Assembly: GCA_048882045.1 (NCBI GenBank)
Contig: JBHLRZ010000001.1
Location: 160,001 to 224,000, forward strand
From: Candidatus Thorarchaeota archaeon
GTDB lineage: Archaea; Asgardarchaeota; Thorarchaeia; Thorarchaeales; Thorarchaeaceae
Direction: 5' to 3'
Length of the DNA stretch: 64,000 bases
Shown: positions 19,442-29,649 of the stretch, in pieces
Position numbering within the stretch: position 1 is the first letter of the stretch
Layout: each line of letters begins with the position of its first letter
The notes under the pieces: model-generated
Told to the model about the DNA's origin: nothing
What the model saw: only the letters and a program-made list of their open reading frames with translations
Database searches by the model: none
Position numbers and translations under genes: made by a program

Positions 19442-20668
19442 TTACATCAGCATCTCAAGGAGTGCATCCACTCTAGTTTCAATCTGAGCTGCATTATAAA
19501 CTCTGGAATCGACCATATCACCTTCAATAATGACACCCGGAACGCCTGTCCTTTCTGTCACTATCTCTTTGGATACAAGCTGTCCTAGTGAGTATCGCTT
19601 GCAAGAACGGACTGAAAACATAACGAATCCATCAAGGTCGTAATCTTTGATGAGCTGACACATCTTGTCAATCTTGGCATCGAGTCCCATGTTCAGATAG
19701 ACTCTGGAATATGTTTCAACCACTTGATCAATAATTGAAGACGTATTTACACCCACCATATTCCCGGTCCAAGCATGTGTATAGGTGTCAGCAGGAAAGA
19801 CTACTCCTCTACTAGCGAGTATGTTGAAGAATCTTAGAGTATGCCAAGGCGGTATATTGTCCCAGAGTAAACGAACCTTTTCATCTCGAATCGCACCAAT
19901 TCCATTCTTGACACGCTCCTCTACTTCTGCGACGAATGATTCGTAAAACTCAACACAATGCTCAGTCCCCCTACTTGACACTACAGGAGCCATTGTCAAG
20001 AATCTATCAGCACAGTTCAATGGGCTGGGTTTCGTCTTACAAGCCTCAAGAGCACGAATCCAGAGCCTTGTAGCTTTACTTGAAAGATCAGCAACCACGC
20101 GAATTCGATTTTCCTCAAGAGTCCGATTGAAGTGAGACCCAATGAACTCAATCAGACGCTCCACTCCACGACGTACATACTCTTGATTGTGAGGGAGCTG
20201 TTGTTTGTCTATAGGTGGTGTGTCTAGAAGGAAGACTGGTGCACCGGTCATCTCAGATATGGCATCATACCATTTCAGAACTGTTCCACAGATATTATTG
20301 CATGCAAGAAGTATCTGAGGTGTTGGGAGTGATCCCATCGGAACCTCTTCGGGTTTTTCTGTTGAACCAATACTAACACGAGCATAGGAACACAGCTCCT
20401 GTGAATACCCCAGGTCTTCTGCAATATTAGAAACCTCAGGACCTATTTTTTGGGCTCCAATGATAGCCCCAGCCTGTTCAGGATAGACCACACCCAGATC
20501 CATTGCAATAGGAATCTCCACTGGAAAGCCTGAAGTCACCCAGGCCAGATTTCCATTCTCGCTTGCTTCCATTGCCTCTAATCCGTGACGAAATGCAATC
20601 TGTTGTAGAAGCGATTGTGTTTCAAGACGTCTGTAGGGCTTCTCTTCAGCAGCTCTTTCTTGAGTCAT
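19442..20668 (-). CDS. 2-hydroxyacyl-CoA dehydratase / aryl-CoA reductase family subunit (HgdA/FldB-like)
   Basis: YPE, LCSY, NNICG..KWY, RSCKR, IEGDMVDSR; start placed at MTQER (20668) to avoid overlap with the upstream gene. Confidence 0.88.
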   Translation of the reverse strand: MTQERAAEEKPYRRLETQSLLQQIAFRHGLEAMEASENGNLAWVTSGFPVEIPIAMDLGVVYPEQAGAIIGAQKIGPEVSNIAEDLGYSQELCSYARVSIGSTEKPEEVPMGSLPTPQILLACNNICGTVLKWYDAISEMTGAPVFLLDTPPIDKQQLPHNQEYVRRGVERLIEFIGSHFNRTLEENRIRVVADLSSKATRLWIRALEACKTKPSPLNCADRFLTMAPVVSSRGTEHCVEFYESFVAEVEERVKNGIGAIRDEKVRLLWDNIPPWHTLRFFNILASRGVVFPADTYTHAWTGNMVGVNTSSIIDQVVETYSRVYLNMGLDAKIDKMCQLIKDYDLDGFVMFSVRSCKRYSLGQLVSKEIVTERTGVPGVIIEGDMVDSRVYNAAQIETRVDALLEMLM

Positions 20669-20675
20669 TTTTTCC

Positions 20676-21902
20676 TCACTCCAAAGTTTCAACAAAGGTC
20701 TGTATTCGTGTTTCAATCCGGCCTCGATCACTCAGTTCAGGATCAAGTGGTACTCTAACCGTCTTAATACCTAGGTCTGTGGCAGATCTTTCGATAGATG
20801 GTGCTTCAAACTCATCAGGGTCGCAGAATGACTGTTCACATACAATGAGCCCTTGAATTGAGAGGTTTGAAAGCAGGTCTTTCATTGCCTTCATGCGAAA
20901 TGAGAGACCTTCATGAGTTGGTTCACCGGGAGCAGTCAAAACAGATTTTGCCATTGAGGAGAATGGATCTTCGGATTTTGACGGAGACTGTGTAAACACA
21001 GTTTTGAATCCAAATGATAGAAGGTCCATAACGATAACAGAGTCAGAGATGTTAGGCATATCATGAATCAGCGAGGCGATGGCTTGAGGTTCGACCATAC
21101 CCCCTGCAATTACTATTCGCGGAGTTTCTAGAGCTTCTGGAAGATTCACTCTTGAATAGTCACCTTGTAGGATTGCTTGTCGTACAGTTTCAATGGTATC
21201 AAAAAGCCTTAATTCTTCGGCAGTATTTCTGACCATTGCTGCAGCATCCTTAGCTGCAGACACTGATGAAACAGTTGGAGCTGTCAGAAAGGTTCTAACA
21301 AAACGGACAACATCCGAGTAAGGAATAATCTTCGGATTGACCACTCTGGCTGAATACAGAAACTGAGCGCTCCTACGAAAGTCTTGAACAAGGTCAACTG
21401 CACGATTATAACTCTCTGAGAGGAACGGTCTGCTGAATGTTGTAGAGATTGTTTCACTAAGGAGTTTCAGCTCTTCTGCCAGAAACTTGGTTGTTGAGTC
21501 ATCAGGGCTATACCTTGTGACTGGATATGTCAATCGGAATACTCTATCATCAGGAAAGCGAACCTTCCAAACATCTCCAAGGTTCTGAAGCGCATCACAT
21601 GTGTTTCCAGGGAACAACAGTCCGGCTAAGTTGAGAAACTGACCATTTGCACGTTGACTGTAGAGGTTCCGTATGTAAGAACAAGCAAATGTCTGCAGAC
21701 TCTCTTCAAATCCGCTTGCTAATCCAGGCAATGCCCTAATTAGTGACGGTATAAACCCATGTGCCATGAAGAGTTCTAGTGGAGCATGTGGATAGATGTA
21801 GCCAATGATCTCTTCACCTGAATCCATTAGTTGCTTCAATCCTACAGATGATTGTTCGATGACTCCTTCATAATTCAAATTGGATACCTCTGTACAGGGC
21901 AA
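20676..21902 (-). CDS. 2-hydroxyacyl-CoA dehydratase / aryl-CoA reductase family subunit (HgdB/FldC-like)
   Basis: PLEL..AHG, ACSY, NTCD, FCDP.EFE, TRIQTFVE. Confidence 0.85.
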   Translation of the reverse strand: MPCTEVSNLNYEGVIEQSSVGLKQLMDSGEEIIGYIYPHAPLELFMAHGFIPSLIRALPGLASGFEESLQTFACSYIRNLYSQRANGQFLNLAGLLFPGNTCDALQNLGDVWKVRFPDDRVFRLTYPVTRYSPDDSTTKFLAEELKLLSETISTTFSRPFLSESYNRAVDLVQDFRRSAQFLYSARVVNPKIIPYSDVVRFVRTFLTAPTVSSVSAAKDAAAMVRNTAEELRLFDTIETVRQAILQGDYSRVNLPEALETPRIVIAGGMVEPQAIASLIHDMPNISDSVIVMDLLSFGFKTVFTQSPSKSEDPFSSMAKSVLTAPGEPTHEGLSFRMKAMKDLLSNLSIQGLIVCEQSFCDPDEFEAPSIERSATDLGIKTVRVPLDPELSDRGRIETRIQTFVETLE

Positions 21903-22105
21903 GTAATTCTGGTAGTATTACAGAACTTTCGACATTCAGTATCTTATTTGTTCCGCTGGATCAAACGAATTCCATTCTTTTCGTTATTTCTGACTAAAAA
22001 ACCTCTGTGGAAATCATTATCAATAGCATTTGCAGTCGTAGGTGACATCCTCTAGTCAAAATTCGACTGAGAAATAATAGACGAGAGATATGGAGAACGA
22101 ATAAT

Positions 22106-23845
22106 ATGGAAGAAATGCTATGGCACAAAAAAAGGTGGCCAAAAACTGTAAAGAAGTCGCTGGACTATCCTGAAGAGCCACTTTTTGCAATTTTGGATAA
22201 AATTGCTGATAAACATCCTGATTCACCTTCAACAATCTATGATGGAATATTCCACTCTTTTGCTGAAGTCAAGGATCATGCTGACAGAATTGCCAACTTC
22301 TTGGCAAGCAAGGGAATTGGAAAGGGCGACAAAGTCGCGATATTTTTGCCAAACACGCCCCACTATCCTCCGGTCTTCTTTGGGATACTCAAGAGTGGAG
22401 CTACTGCGGTCACATGTAATCCATCGTACAAAGCGAATGAACTGAATTTCCAACTGAAGGACTCTGGGGCAAAGGCAGTATTCGTGTTCGACCACCCATC
22501 CTTCACTCCAACATCTTACGAAGCCATCAAAGGAACTGACGTTAAGATTCACGTTATCTGCAGTATCAAAAGATTCCTACCAAAGGTGAAAGCTATTCTT
22601 GGAAGTGCACTCGGTAAGATACCCAAGGGAGGCTATTACGAAGATTTCACAGATTTCTACGATGATATCATCGAGCAGTATGAGCCAAAGGCTCCTGATG
22701 TCTCAATCACGCCGAAAGAGGACCTTGCACTCATTCTTTACACTGGTGGTACAACTGGCACACCAAAAGGAGCGATGCTCACTCACAGCAATCTCTATAG
22801 TAATGTAATGCAATTCGATGAGTGGGTACAGCTTGAGCCTGAAGGTGGCGGAACCCCTGAAAGGCTGAAGCCAGGAGAGGAGGTCTTCGTGGGAGCTCTT
22901 CCATGGTATCACTCTTATGGCCTGACATTGACCATGGTCGCCTCATATCTTATGGGAAGCTCATTAATCTGTGTGCCTGATCCAAGAGCAGGCAAACCTC
23001 CAATGAGTGAACTGCTGGCGGACATCCAGAAGTACAAGGGTTCCATTCTACATTCTGTCCCGGCAATATATGCAGGTCTCGTAAACAATCCAACCGTTGG
23101 CAAGTATGACCTCTCCAGCCTCAAAGCATGCGGTTCTGGAGCTGCGCCATTGCCTCCTGAACTATGTAAGAGATTTGAGGATGTGAGTGGTGCTACACTG
23201 TTTGAGGGATATGGTCTGACTGAGACATCCCCATTGACACACGCCAATCCTGCGCTCAAGTCGCTGCGTAAGTTTGGTTCAATCGGGGTTCCGCTCCCTG
23301 ACACTGATGCCAAGATCTTGGACATTGACACAGGGAAGAAGGAACTGAAGCAGGGAGAAACTGGCGAGATCGCCATAAACGGACCGCAGGTAATGGCTGG
23401 CTACTGGAACAAACCCAAAGAAACAGAAGAAGTAATGCGGACAATCAACGGTAAACGATACTTCCTGACTGGAGACATCGGTCACATTGATGAAGATGGC
23501 TTCTTCGTCATTTCAGACCGCAAGAAGGACATGATAAACGTTGGTGGACTGAAGGCATACCCAAGAGAGATTGAGGACATCTTCTTCGAACATCCAAAGG
23601 TATCGTTGGCTGCGGTCATTGGTCTACCAAAAGAGGACGACCCATCAAACGAGTATGTCAAGGCATACATCGTTCTGAAAGAGGGTGAAACAGCAACTGA
23701 GGAAGAATTCATCGCATGGGCGAAAGAGAAGATGGCAGGCTACAAACGACCAAAAGAGGTTGCGTTTGTCGATTCATTGCCCATGACCCAAGTTGGAAAA
23801 GTCCTCAGAAGAGAGCTTCGCGAAGCAGAGCTAGCAAAGAAATAA
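22106..23845 (+). CDS. Long-chain acyl-CoA ligase (AMP-forming), copy 1
   Basis: YTGGTTGTPKG, EGYGLTE, TGD, DRKKDMI, VGKVLRR. Confidence 0.93.
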   Translation: MEEMLWHKKRWPKTVKKSLDYPEEPLFAILDKIADKHPDSPSTIYDGIFHSFAEVKDHADRIANFLASKGIGKGDKVAIFLPNTPHYPPVFFGILKSGATAVTCNPSYKANELNFQLKDSGAKAVFVFDHPSFTPTSYEAIKGTDVKIHVICSIKRFLPKVKAILGSALGKIPKGGYYEDFTDFYDDIIEQYEPKAPDVSITPKEDLALILYTGGTTGTPKGAMLTHSNLYSNVMQFDEWVQLEPEGGGTPERLKPGEEVFVGALPWYHSYGLTLTMVASYLMGSSLICVPDPRAGKPPMSELLADIQKYKGSILHSVPAIYAGLVNNPTVGKYDLSSLKACGSGAAPLPPELCKRFEDVSGATLFEGYGLTETSPLTHANPALKSLRKFGSIGVPLPDTDAKILDIDTGKKELKQGETGEIAINGPQVMAGYWNKPKETEEVMRTINGKRYFLTGDIGHIDEDGFFVISDRKKDMINVGGLKAYPREIEDIFFEHPKVSLAAVIGLPKEDDPSNEYVKAYIVLKEGETATEEEFIAWAKEKMAGYKRPKEVAFVDSLPMTQVGKVLRRELREAELAKK

Positions 23846-23859
23846 GACTAATGGATTCA

Positions 23860-23896
23860 GGGGATGGGATTTCCCCTCCCCAAATTCCTTCTTTTT
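23860..23896 (+). terminator. Hairpin GGGGATGGGA-TT-TCCCCTCCCC plus T-tract
   Basis: Imperfect GC-rich inverted repeat 15 nt after the ligase stop, followed by TTCCTTCTTTTTT. Confidence 0.55.
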
Positions 23897-24000
23897 CACT
23901 CATTTTGTATTCTTTCAAAAGCATCCTCAACAAATATCAGTGAGCTTAGCTATACTGGACAGCTAAGTTATCATACTACATTCGAAAAGATTGTTGAGAG

Positions 24001-25758
24001 TTGAGAGAGATGGATGAGCTATATTGGCAGAAAAAAGAAGCTTGGCCAGATACAGCACCTAAAACAATAGACTATCCCGAAGAGCCCTTATTCGCCATGC
24101 TGGACAGGGCAGCTGAAAAGAGTGGAGACCTCCCATATACTGTGTTTATGGGAAAGACACAGACCTTCAAAGAGGTCAAGGACCATTCAGACAGGGTAGC
24201 GAACTTCCTAGTCAGCAAAGGTATCAAGGAAGGAGATAGTGTCGCGATTTTCCTCCCTAATGTACCTCACTTCCCAGCTATCTATTTTGGGATTCTGAGG
24301 ACAGGAGCGAAGGTTGTGACCTGCAATCCAATGTACAAAGCGAATGAACTGAACTTCCAGTTGAATGATACTGAATCGAAGATCGTCTTTGTACTTGATC
24401 ATCCAACGTTCACACCAACTGCATACGAGGCTATCAAAGGCACACCAGTCCATACTGTGGTTGTATGTAGTGTGAAACCGTTCCTCTCTAAAGCAACAGC
24501 TTTCATCGGTGGGCTCCTTGGAAAAGTACCCAAAAGCCCTTACTATGAGGAGGGCAAGACAATCTTCTATGAGAATATTCTTACACAGTACGAGCCAAAA
24601 ACGCCCGATGTGAAGATCGACCCAAAGAGCACTGCAGTGATAATTTACACCGGTGGAACCACCGGCACTCCAAAAGGAGCAGAACTCTCTCACTATAATC
24701 TGACTTCAAATGTGCTCCAGATAGCTGAATGGGTCTATATGAAAGAAGAAGACGTTGGAAGGGAAGGAGGTGTCAGATATGGAGAGGAGGTGTATGTTGG
24801 AGCCATTCCATGGTATCACTCCTATGGGATGACACTCAGCTTGCTATCAGCGACTTTGTATGGTGGGCAGCTCGTGGCCATTCCTGATCCCCGTTCTGGG
24901 AAACCTCCACTGACAGATTTGTTGAAGGAACTTGAGAAGACTAAGTGCACTGTGTTCAATTGTGTGCCTGCACTCTATGCAGGAATCGCCACCCATCCAG
25001 ATGTAGGCAAATATGATCTGTCTGAAATCAACATCTGTGGTTCAGGAGCAGCTCCATTACCACCGGAAGTAGCTAAGGCGTTCGAGGCTGTGACAGGAGC
25101 GTTGGTTTTTGAAGGGTATGGCCTCACTGAAACCTCACCAACGACTCACATCAACCCCACCAATAAGAAGTACCGAAAATTTGGCTCGATTGGACTTCCA
25201 CTACCTGATACGAACTGCAAGATTGTTGATATCGATACTGGCACAAAAGAGATGCCATTGGGAGAGATTGGCGAGATAGCCATCCATGGACCCCAGGTGT
25301 TCTCAGGCTATTGGCGAAAACCTGAAGAAACTGAGAATGTCATGCGTGAGTTTAATGGAAATCGGTTCTTCCTCACTGGAGATCTTGGTTACATGGATGA
25401 GCTTGGCTACACCTACATCAGTGACAGAAAGAAGCAGATGATCAATGTTGGTGGAATGAAAGCATACCCACGAGAGATTGAGGACACTCTCTTCACACAT
25501 CCAAAGGTGAAACTTGCAGCAGCTGTGGGGATACCTCGATTAGATGACCCGAGCAACGAGTTTGTCAAGGCTTACATCGTTCTCAAAGAGGGTGAAACAG
25601 CCACAGAAGAAGAGTTCATAGAGTGGGCAAGGGACCGGATGGCAGGATACAAGAGACCGAGAGAGGTCGAATTTAGGGATTCGCTTCCACTGAGCAACGT
25701 AGGAAAAGTACTGAGACGTGTCCTTTTGGAGGAGGAGCTTGAAAAGCGAGGAAAATAG
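24001..25758 (+). CDS. Long-chain acyl-CoA ligase (AMP-forming), copy 2 (tandem paralog; start probably ATG at 24010)
   Basis: YTGGTTGTPKG, EGYGLTE, TGD, DRKKQMI, VGKVLRR. Confidence 0.93.
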   Translation: MREMDELYWQKKEAWPDTAPKTIDYPEEPLFAMLDRAAEKSGDLPYTVFMGKTQTFKEVKDHSDRVANFLVSKGIKEGDSVAIFLPNVPHFPAIYFGILRTGAKVVTCNPMYKANELNFQLNDTESKIVFVLDHPTFTPTAYEAIKGTPVHTVVVCSVKPFLSKATAFIGGLLGKVPKSPYYEEGKTIFYENILTQYEPKTPDVKIDPKSTAVIIYTGGTTGTPKGAELSHYNLTSNVLQIAEWVYMKEEDVGREGGVRYGEEVYVGAIPWYHSYGMTLSLLSATLYGGQLVAIPDPRSGKPPLTDLLKELEKTKCTVFNCVPALYAGIATHPDVGKYDLSEINICGSGAAPLPPEVAKAFEAVTGALVFEGYGLTETSPTTHINPTNKKYRKFGSIGLPLPDTNCKIVDIDTGTKEMPLGEIGEIAIHGPQVFSGYWRKPEETENVMREFNGNRFFLTGDLGYMDELGYTYISDRKKQMINVGGMKAYPREIEDTLFTHPKVKLAAAVGIPRLDDPSNEFVKAYIVLKEGETATEEEFIEWARDRMAGYKRPREVEFRDSLPLSNVGKVLRRVLLEEELEKRGK

Positions 25759-25824
25759 TTCGCCTGATTGCTTTATTAGGGAGTACTGGCAGAAGACTGG
25801 ATTCCTACACACATTCATCTAGAG

Positions 25825-26466
25825 GTGGTTAGATTGTCACCTTCGTGGAAAAGAATTGGAGCATATCTGGGGATTCTTTCTGGAATCATCTTTGTTGTTG
25901 CAACCCTCATTGCAATGCTGATCTATCCGGGTGGATACAACTTCTTCCTGGACTCCTTCAGCAGACTTGGACACACTATAATCAATAGCACACCTTCAAT
26001 GTTGAACTATTTCCTGTTTGTGACAGCGTGCACCGGTGCAGCTGTATGCTTGGTTCCCTTCCTTTTCTCCATGCGTACATTGTTCACAGAAACAACAGGT
26101 CTCAAAGTACTAAGTGGGTTAGGTACCATTCTAGGTCTTTGTGCAGCACCCAATCTCTCAGCACTAGCAATCTTCGCAGGGAATGAAGCTCCTGAAATAC
26201 ATGGAAACACTACGAGACTCTTCTTCATACTCATTATGGCTGGAATTCTGTGCTACTCAATTGCTATCGTCATGAAAAGGGAGTACAACAACATCTATGC
26301 AGGGATTGGTTTCATCGTTGTAGTGATCTGTATACTTCACATATTCGGTATGTTTGGAGTCATGTCCGAATACTTTGGGACTGCCCTCTGGCAAAAAATT
26401 GCTGTCTATTCGTTAGTGCTGTGGTCAGTATTCCAAGGATATGAACTCTTGAAAGTCTTTGATTAG
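25825..26466 (+). CDS. Multi-pass membrane protein (DUF998-like)
   Basis: About 6 TM; YPGGYNF...FS.LG motif and conserved His (EIHG). Confidence 0.6.
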   Translation: MVRLSPSWKRIGAYLGILSGIIFVVATLIAMLIYPGGYNFFLDSFSRLGHTIINSTPSMLNYFLFVTACTGAAVCLVPFLFSMRTLFTETTGLKVLSGLGTILGLCAAPNLSALAIFAGNEAPEIHGNTTRLFFILIMAGILCYSIAIVMKREYNNIYAGIGFIVVVICILHIFGMFGVMSEYFGTALWQKIAVYSLVLWSVFQGYELLKVFD

Positions 26467-26482
26467 AAATACATAAGGAAAC

Positions 26483-26502
26483 TGGGGAGGTTTCCCTCCC
26501 CA
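26483..26502. terminator. Hairpin TGGGGAGG-TTTC-CCTCCCCA between convergent genes (GAAA loop on the minus strand)
   Basis: Perfect 8-bp stem in a 44-bp convergent intergenic gap. Confidence 0.6.
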
Positions 26503-26510
26503 CGTTTATT

Positions 26511-27287
26511 TCAGACGTTTTCGAACGTGGCACGCATTGTTGCACCACAATAGCCACAGCTGGCTTCCAGAGGGCCAACCCAGTCGACACTCTCATGTGA
26601 AACCTCTGCACCACAGGAGGGACACTTCAGTGGGAGGCGTACTGTTGTTGTCTGACTACCGTGTGTCATCACACTCCCTTGTTGTTCTTCAGGAATAGCA
26701 TGTATCGGTGCCTCGACAAGAATACTATCCATCCTTCGGCGACTTGCCCGAATGGAGCGACGAGAACGTCGGCAAGCGAAAAGACCACAGCAGAGGGGGA
26801 TCAGAATGGATGCAATGATGATGATGAAGATCCAGTCAAACAAATCCAAGGACTGGAAGAAACCTGGGATGTGAGCATCATCGTATACACCAATGTCATA
26901 AGATCCACTAGTGTCAGAATAGACGGAGTTCTCGGTCACTCCAATATATACTGTAGTGTTTGCTGCCAGATCAAAATCGACCTGCGGATAATTTCCATAG
27001 TCAGTTCCACTTTCAGCGATAATTGAAGTATAACCGCTGTCAGTTGCTACAGTTATCTTGACTTCAAGACCCCAGAACGATTCTGTGTCAACAACCACAG
27101 TCCAGTGTCCTGCTTCCAAGTCAGCTACATAATGATTTGTGTTTCCACCATAAACATATTCATCTGTTCGTTCAATATTGGCCACAAGACTTGCTTGGGC
27201 TGACACTGTTCCCACAAAGGCAAACAGCGCCACGACAAGACACGAAATCAAAAGCAGTGACTTTCGCTTCATGGTTTTTTTCCTCAC
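26511..27287 (-). CDS. Single-pass membrane protein: extracellular beta (PPC-like) domain, TM, cytoplasmic zinc ribbon
   Basis: Signal peptide, TM WIFIIIIASILIPL, Arg-rich stop-transfer, CPSCG...CGYCG. Confidence 0.7.
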   Translation of the reverse strand: MRKKTMKRKSLLLISCLVVALFAFVGTVSAQASLVANIERTDEYVYGGNTNHYVADLEAGHWTVVVDTESFWGLEVKITVATDSGYTSIIAESGTDYGNYPQVDFDLAANTTVYIGVTENSVYSDTSGSYDIGVYDDAHIPGFFQSLDLFDWIFIIIIASILIPLCCGLFACRRSRRSIRASRRRMDSILVEAPIHAIPEEQQGSVMTHGSQTTTVRLPLKCPSCGAEVSHESVDWVGPLEASCGYCGATMRATFENV

Positions 27288-27428
27288 TATTGGGTCAGCA
27301 TTACAGGATATTAGATTTACCTGCTGAAACTAACATCTGACAATGAGCTAGATACTTATTCCACAGCAAACTCATCTTGACAGTAGAATAGTCAGTCGAG
27401 ATGCCGAAGGACCAGGTCCCGGGTGACT

Positions 27429-27956
27429 CTATTCAGATTTTCCTGATCCAGAAGCCTTGTGTTGTTTTCCTAGTTCAACATAGAGCTCCGCACCAGCCAT
27501 GAAGGCTTCCTTCATTGAGTCCGAAACTTGTTTTATGACCTTACCAGGTATACCAAGAACTAGACTGCCATCAGGTATCACTGTACCCTCAGTAACGACC
27601 GTTCCGGCTCCTATGACACAGTCATTCCCTACCTTTGCACCATCCAGAACGATGGCTCCCATCCCAATCACTGTTCGATCACCAATGGTACATGCGTGTA
27701 TCACGCAGTTGTGTCCTGCGGTCACGTAGTCGCCAATAACAGTAGGATTCATGAAAGTAGTATGCACCGAAACGTTGTCCTGAATGGACGTGCCTTTTCC
27801 AACTCTTATATAGTTCAAGTCAGCTCTGATGACTGCAGACTCCCAGATACTGGAGTCAGGTCCCACTTCAATGTCTCCAATGAGAGATGCTCTTGGGGAT
27901 ACGTATGCTTCGGGATCCACTTTTGGTCTTTTACCATTGAATTCGTACTGGCCCAT
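27429..27956 (-). CDS. Gamma-class carbonic anhydrase family (left-handed beta-helix) protein
   Basis: RAD, QDN..VH, GH..VIHAC hexapeptide repeats; start moved to MGQYEF, which has an upstream GGTG RBS. Confidence 0.9.
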   Translation of the reverse strand: MGQYEFNGKRPKVDPEAYVSPRASLIGDIEVGPDSSIWESAVIRADLNYIRVGKGTSIQDNVSVHTTFMNPTVIGDYVTAGHNCVIHACTIGDRTVIGMGAIVLDGAKVGNDCVIGAGTVVTEGTVIPDGSLVLGIPGKVIKQVSDSMKEAFMAGAELYVELGKQHKASGSGKSE

Positions 27957-28046
27957 TGGTTTACACCTTGGAAGAAGAGTACATCCTTTGTTCTTTAAGA
28001 GTATTGAAATGGGATTCATAATTCTAACAAAAAGAGGAGAGGTCCA

Positions 28047-28628
28047 ATGCCCGCGACACCACTTCACTATCCCATGGCTCATGGTCTTTCAAAGCTGGAC
28101 AAACGACTTTCCCTACCTGGCTTGGTCGTCGGTTCCGTAATTCCTGATATTGAAGTCCCTCTGATGTGGGTATTCTTCAGTGATTTGCCAGACCATTTGT
28201 TTCTTCACAGTCTGATTGGAGCTATAACTGTTGGAACGTTATTAGCTGTGGTTGTCACCTGGCTTCTCTATCCGCCAATCATATCAGCCATCTTTGGTGT
28301 AGACCACCAGAGGTTAAAGGACACTTCAGGAATGTCAGGAATTCTGGTTTTGTCATGTCTGATTGGTGTACTGTCACATCTCCTTCTTGACTATCCAATG
28401 CATTGGTATAATCCCATACTCTGGCCTTGGGTAGATCCCTATACTGTCGTAGGTCCATTAGTCCTTCTCTTTACACCTCTTGAGAGTATCAGCGGACAAG
28501 CCTTCAGAATGGCACACCTGTTGACAAGCATTATCATGCTTGTATGGTGGATTCTGATACTGATACAATATAGGGGAAAGAATCTGTGGAACAACCATTG
28601 GATCAGCAGCCACTTTGACCAAACTTAG
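28047..28628 (+). CDS. DUF4184-family putative membrane metal-dependent hydrolase
   Basis: MP.TPLH, GSVIPD.E, HSLIG, SHLLLD...H. Confidence 0.75.
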   Translation: MPATPLHYPMAHGLSKLDKRLSLPGLVVGSVIPDIEVPLMWVFFSDLPDHLFLHSLIGAITVGTLLAVVVTWLLYPPIISAIFGVDHQRLKDTSGMSGILVLSCLIGVLSHLLLDYPMHWYNPILWPWVDPYTVVGPLVLLFTPLESISGQAFRMAHLLTSIIMLVWWILILIQYRGKNLWNNHWISSHFDQT

Positions 28629-29563
28629 TTACTACGTAGAGGCCACTCCTCAAGAGATACAGATGAGTGTGTGTCAATAATATTCTCAATTCCGTACAAA
28701 TCTCGGAGAAATGTGTTGAAAGAGTTGATACTCTTTGTCCTAACTGTTGCCAATAGACTATAGTCCTCACTAGTGCGATAGAGGTCCCAGACCTCATCCA
28801 TCTCTATCAGTTTTTGTGCGGTTTCAGCGGCTGTACCAGGTGAAACCTTCATTCTAACGAAGAACTTCACTGGCAATCCAATCATCCCAAAGTCAACCTC
28901 GATTGAATATCCCACTATTGCTCGTTTGAGCAATAACTTGTTGATAGCTTTTGAAACAGCAGGTTGGCGCATTAAAGGACTCATCTTTTTCCCAATAGCC
29001 TCTTGTGCGAGAGGAAATGGTTTCTCTGATGTAGGTTTATGGTAGCGCATTATTCTAAGAAGGGACATCTCTTTAGGAGAGATATACGTGTCACCAGGTT
29101 CATTTGGTACTATCCGAAATCCATTCTTTTTGTAAGTTGTAAGAATCTGTGCTTGATTGTATTTCCCCGAACCCGAACTTGCCACAACATTGTCGACTCT
29201 ATCAAGAAGGTCCTCAAAGGATCCCTCGCTATCAAACCTGAAGAATCCAATTAATGAGAACTCACCAACGACTCCATCTAATGACTCAAGTTCTTCCATC
29301 TGTAGTACTTTCTTACTTACATCTTGCTCTCGTGGATTACTTTTCATGAAGAGAACTGTGTTCCTTGCTGTTTTCACTGTTGCAGGATTGATGATTGTTG
29401 TATAACCCCTTATCACCCCACTCTTCACAAGACTTCTGATCTTCCGTGAAACCCAGTTCCGGCTTTTTCCAAGCAATTTTCCAATCACTTGAGGTGTGAA
29501 TCTTGAATTTTGAACAAGAGCTTCGAGAAGACGTTGGTCTGTATCAGAAAGAATGTTTTGCAT
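28625..29563 (-). CDS. Tandem (double) Lrp/AsnC-family transcriptional regulator
   Basis: Two HTH+RAM repeats (LSDTDQRLLEAL...GVIRGYTTIIN; ...AIVGYSIEVD...VWDLYRTSEDYS); divergent from ahcY. Confidence 0.85.
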   Translation of the reverse strand: MQNILSDTDQRLLEALVQNSRFTPQVIGKLLGKSRNWVSRKIRSLVKSGVIRGYTTIINPATVKTARNTVLFMKSNPREQDVSKKVLQMEELESLDGVVGEFSLIGFFRFDSEGSFEDLLDRVDNVVASSGSGKYNQAQILTTYKKNGFRIVPNEPGDTYISPKEMSLLRIMRYHKPTSEKPFPLAQEAIGKKMSPLMRQPAVSKAINKLLLKRAIVGYSIEVDFGMIGLPVKFFVRMKVSPGTAAETAQKLIEMDEVWDLYRTSEDYSLLATVRTKSINSFNTFLRDLYGIENIIDTHSSVSLEEWPLRSN

Positions 29564-29586
29564 TATTATCCCTCATTTGTGAAGCG

Positions 29587-29629
29587 AATCATTCCAAAAT
29601 TCTATGATATATTCATATATTTTGTGATT
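29587..29629. promoter_or_regulatory. Extended imperfect palindrome between lrp and ahcY (candidate Lrp operator)
   Basis: AATCA..CAAAAT..TATGA-TATAT-TCATA.ATTTTG-TGATT. Confidence 0.45.
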
Positions 29630-29649
29630 TCAGCGGAGCTGTGATTAGA

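Noticed and set aside
27361-27430. GC-rich stretch with GGACC-A-GGTCC palindrome as tRNA/ncRNA
   Set aside because: No cloverleaf or T-loop consensus on either strand
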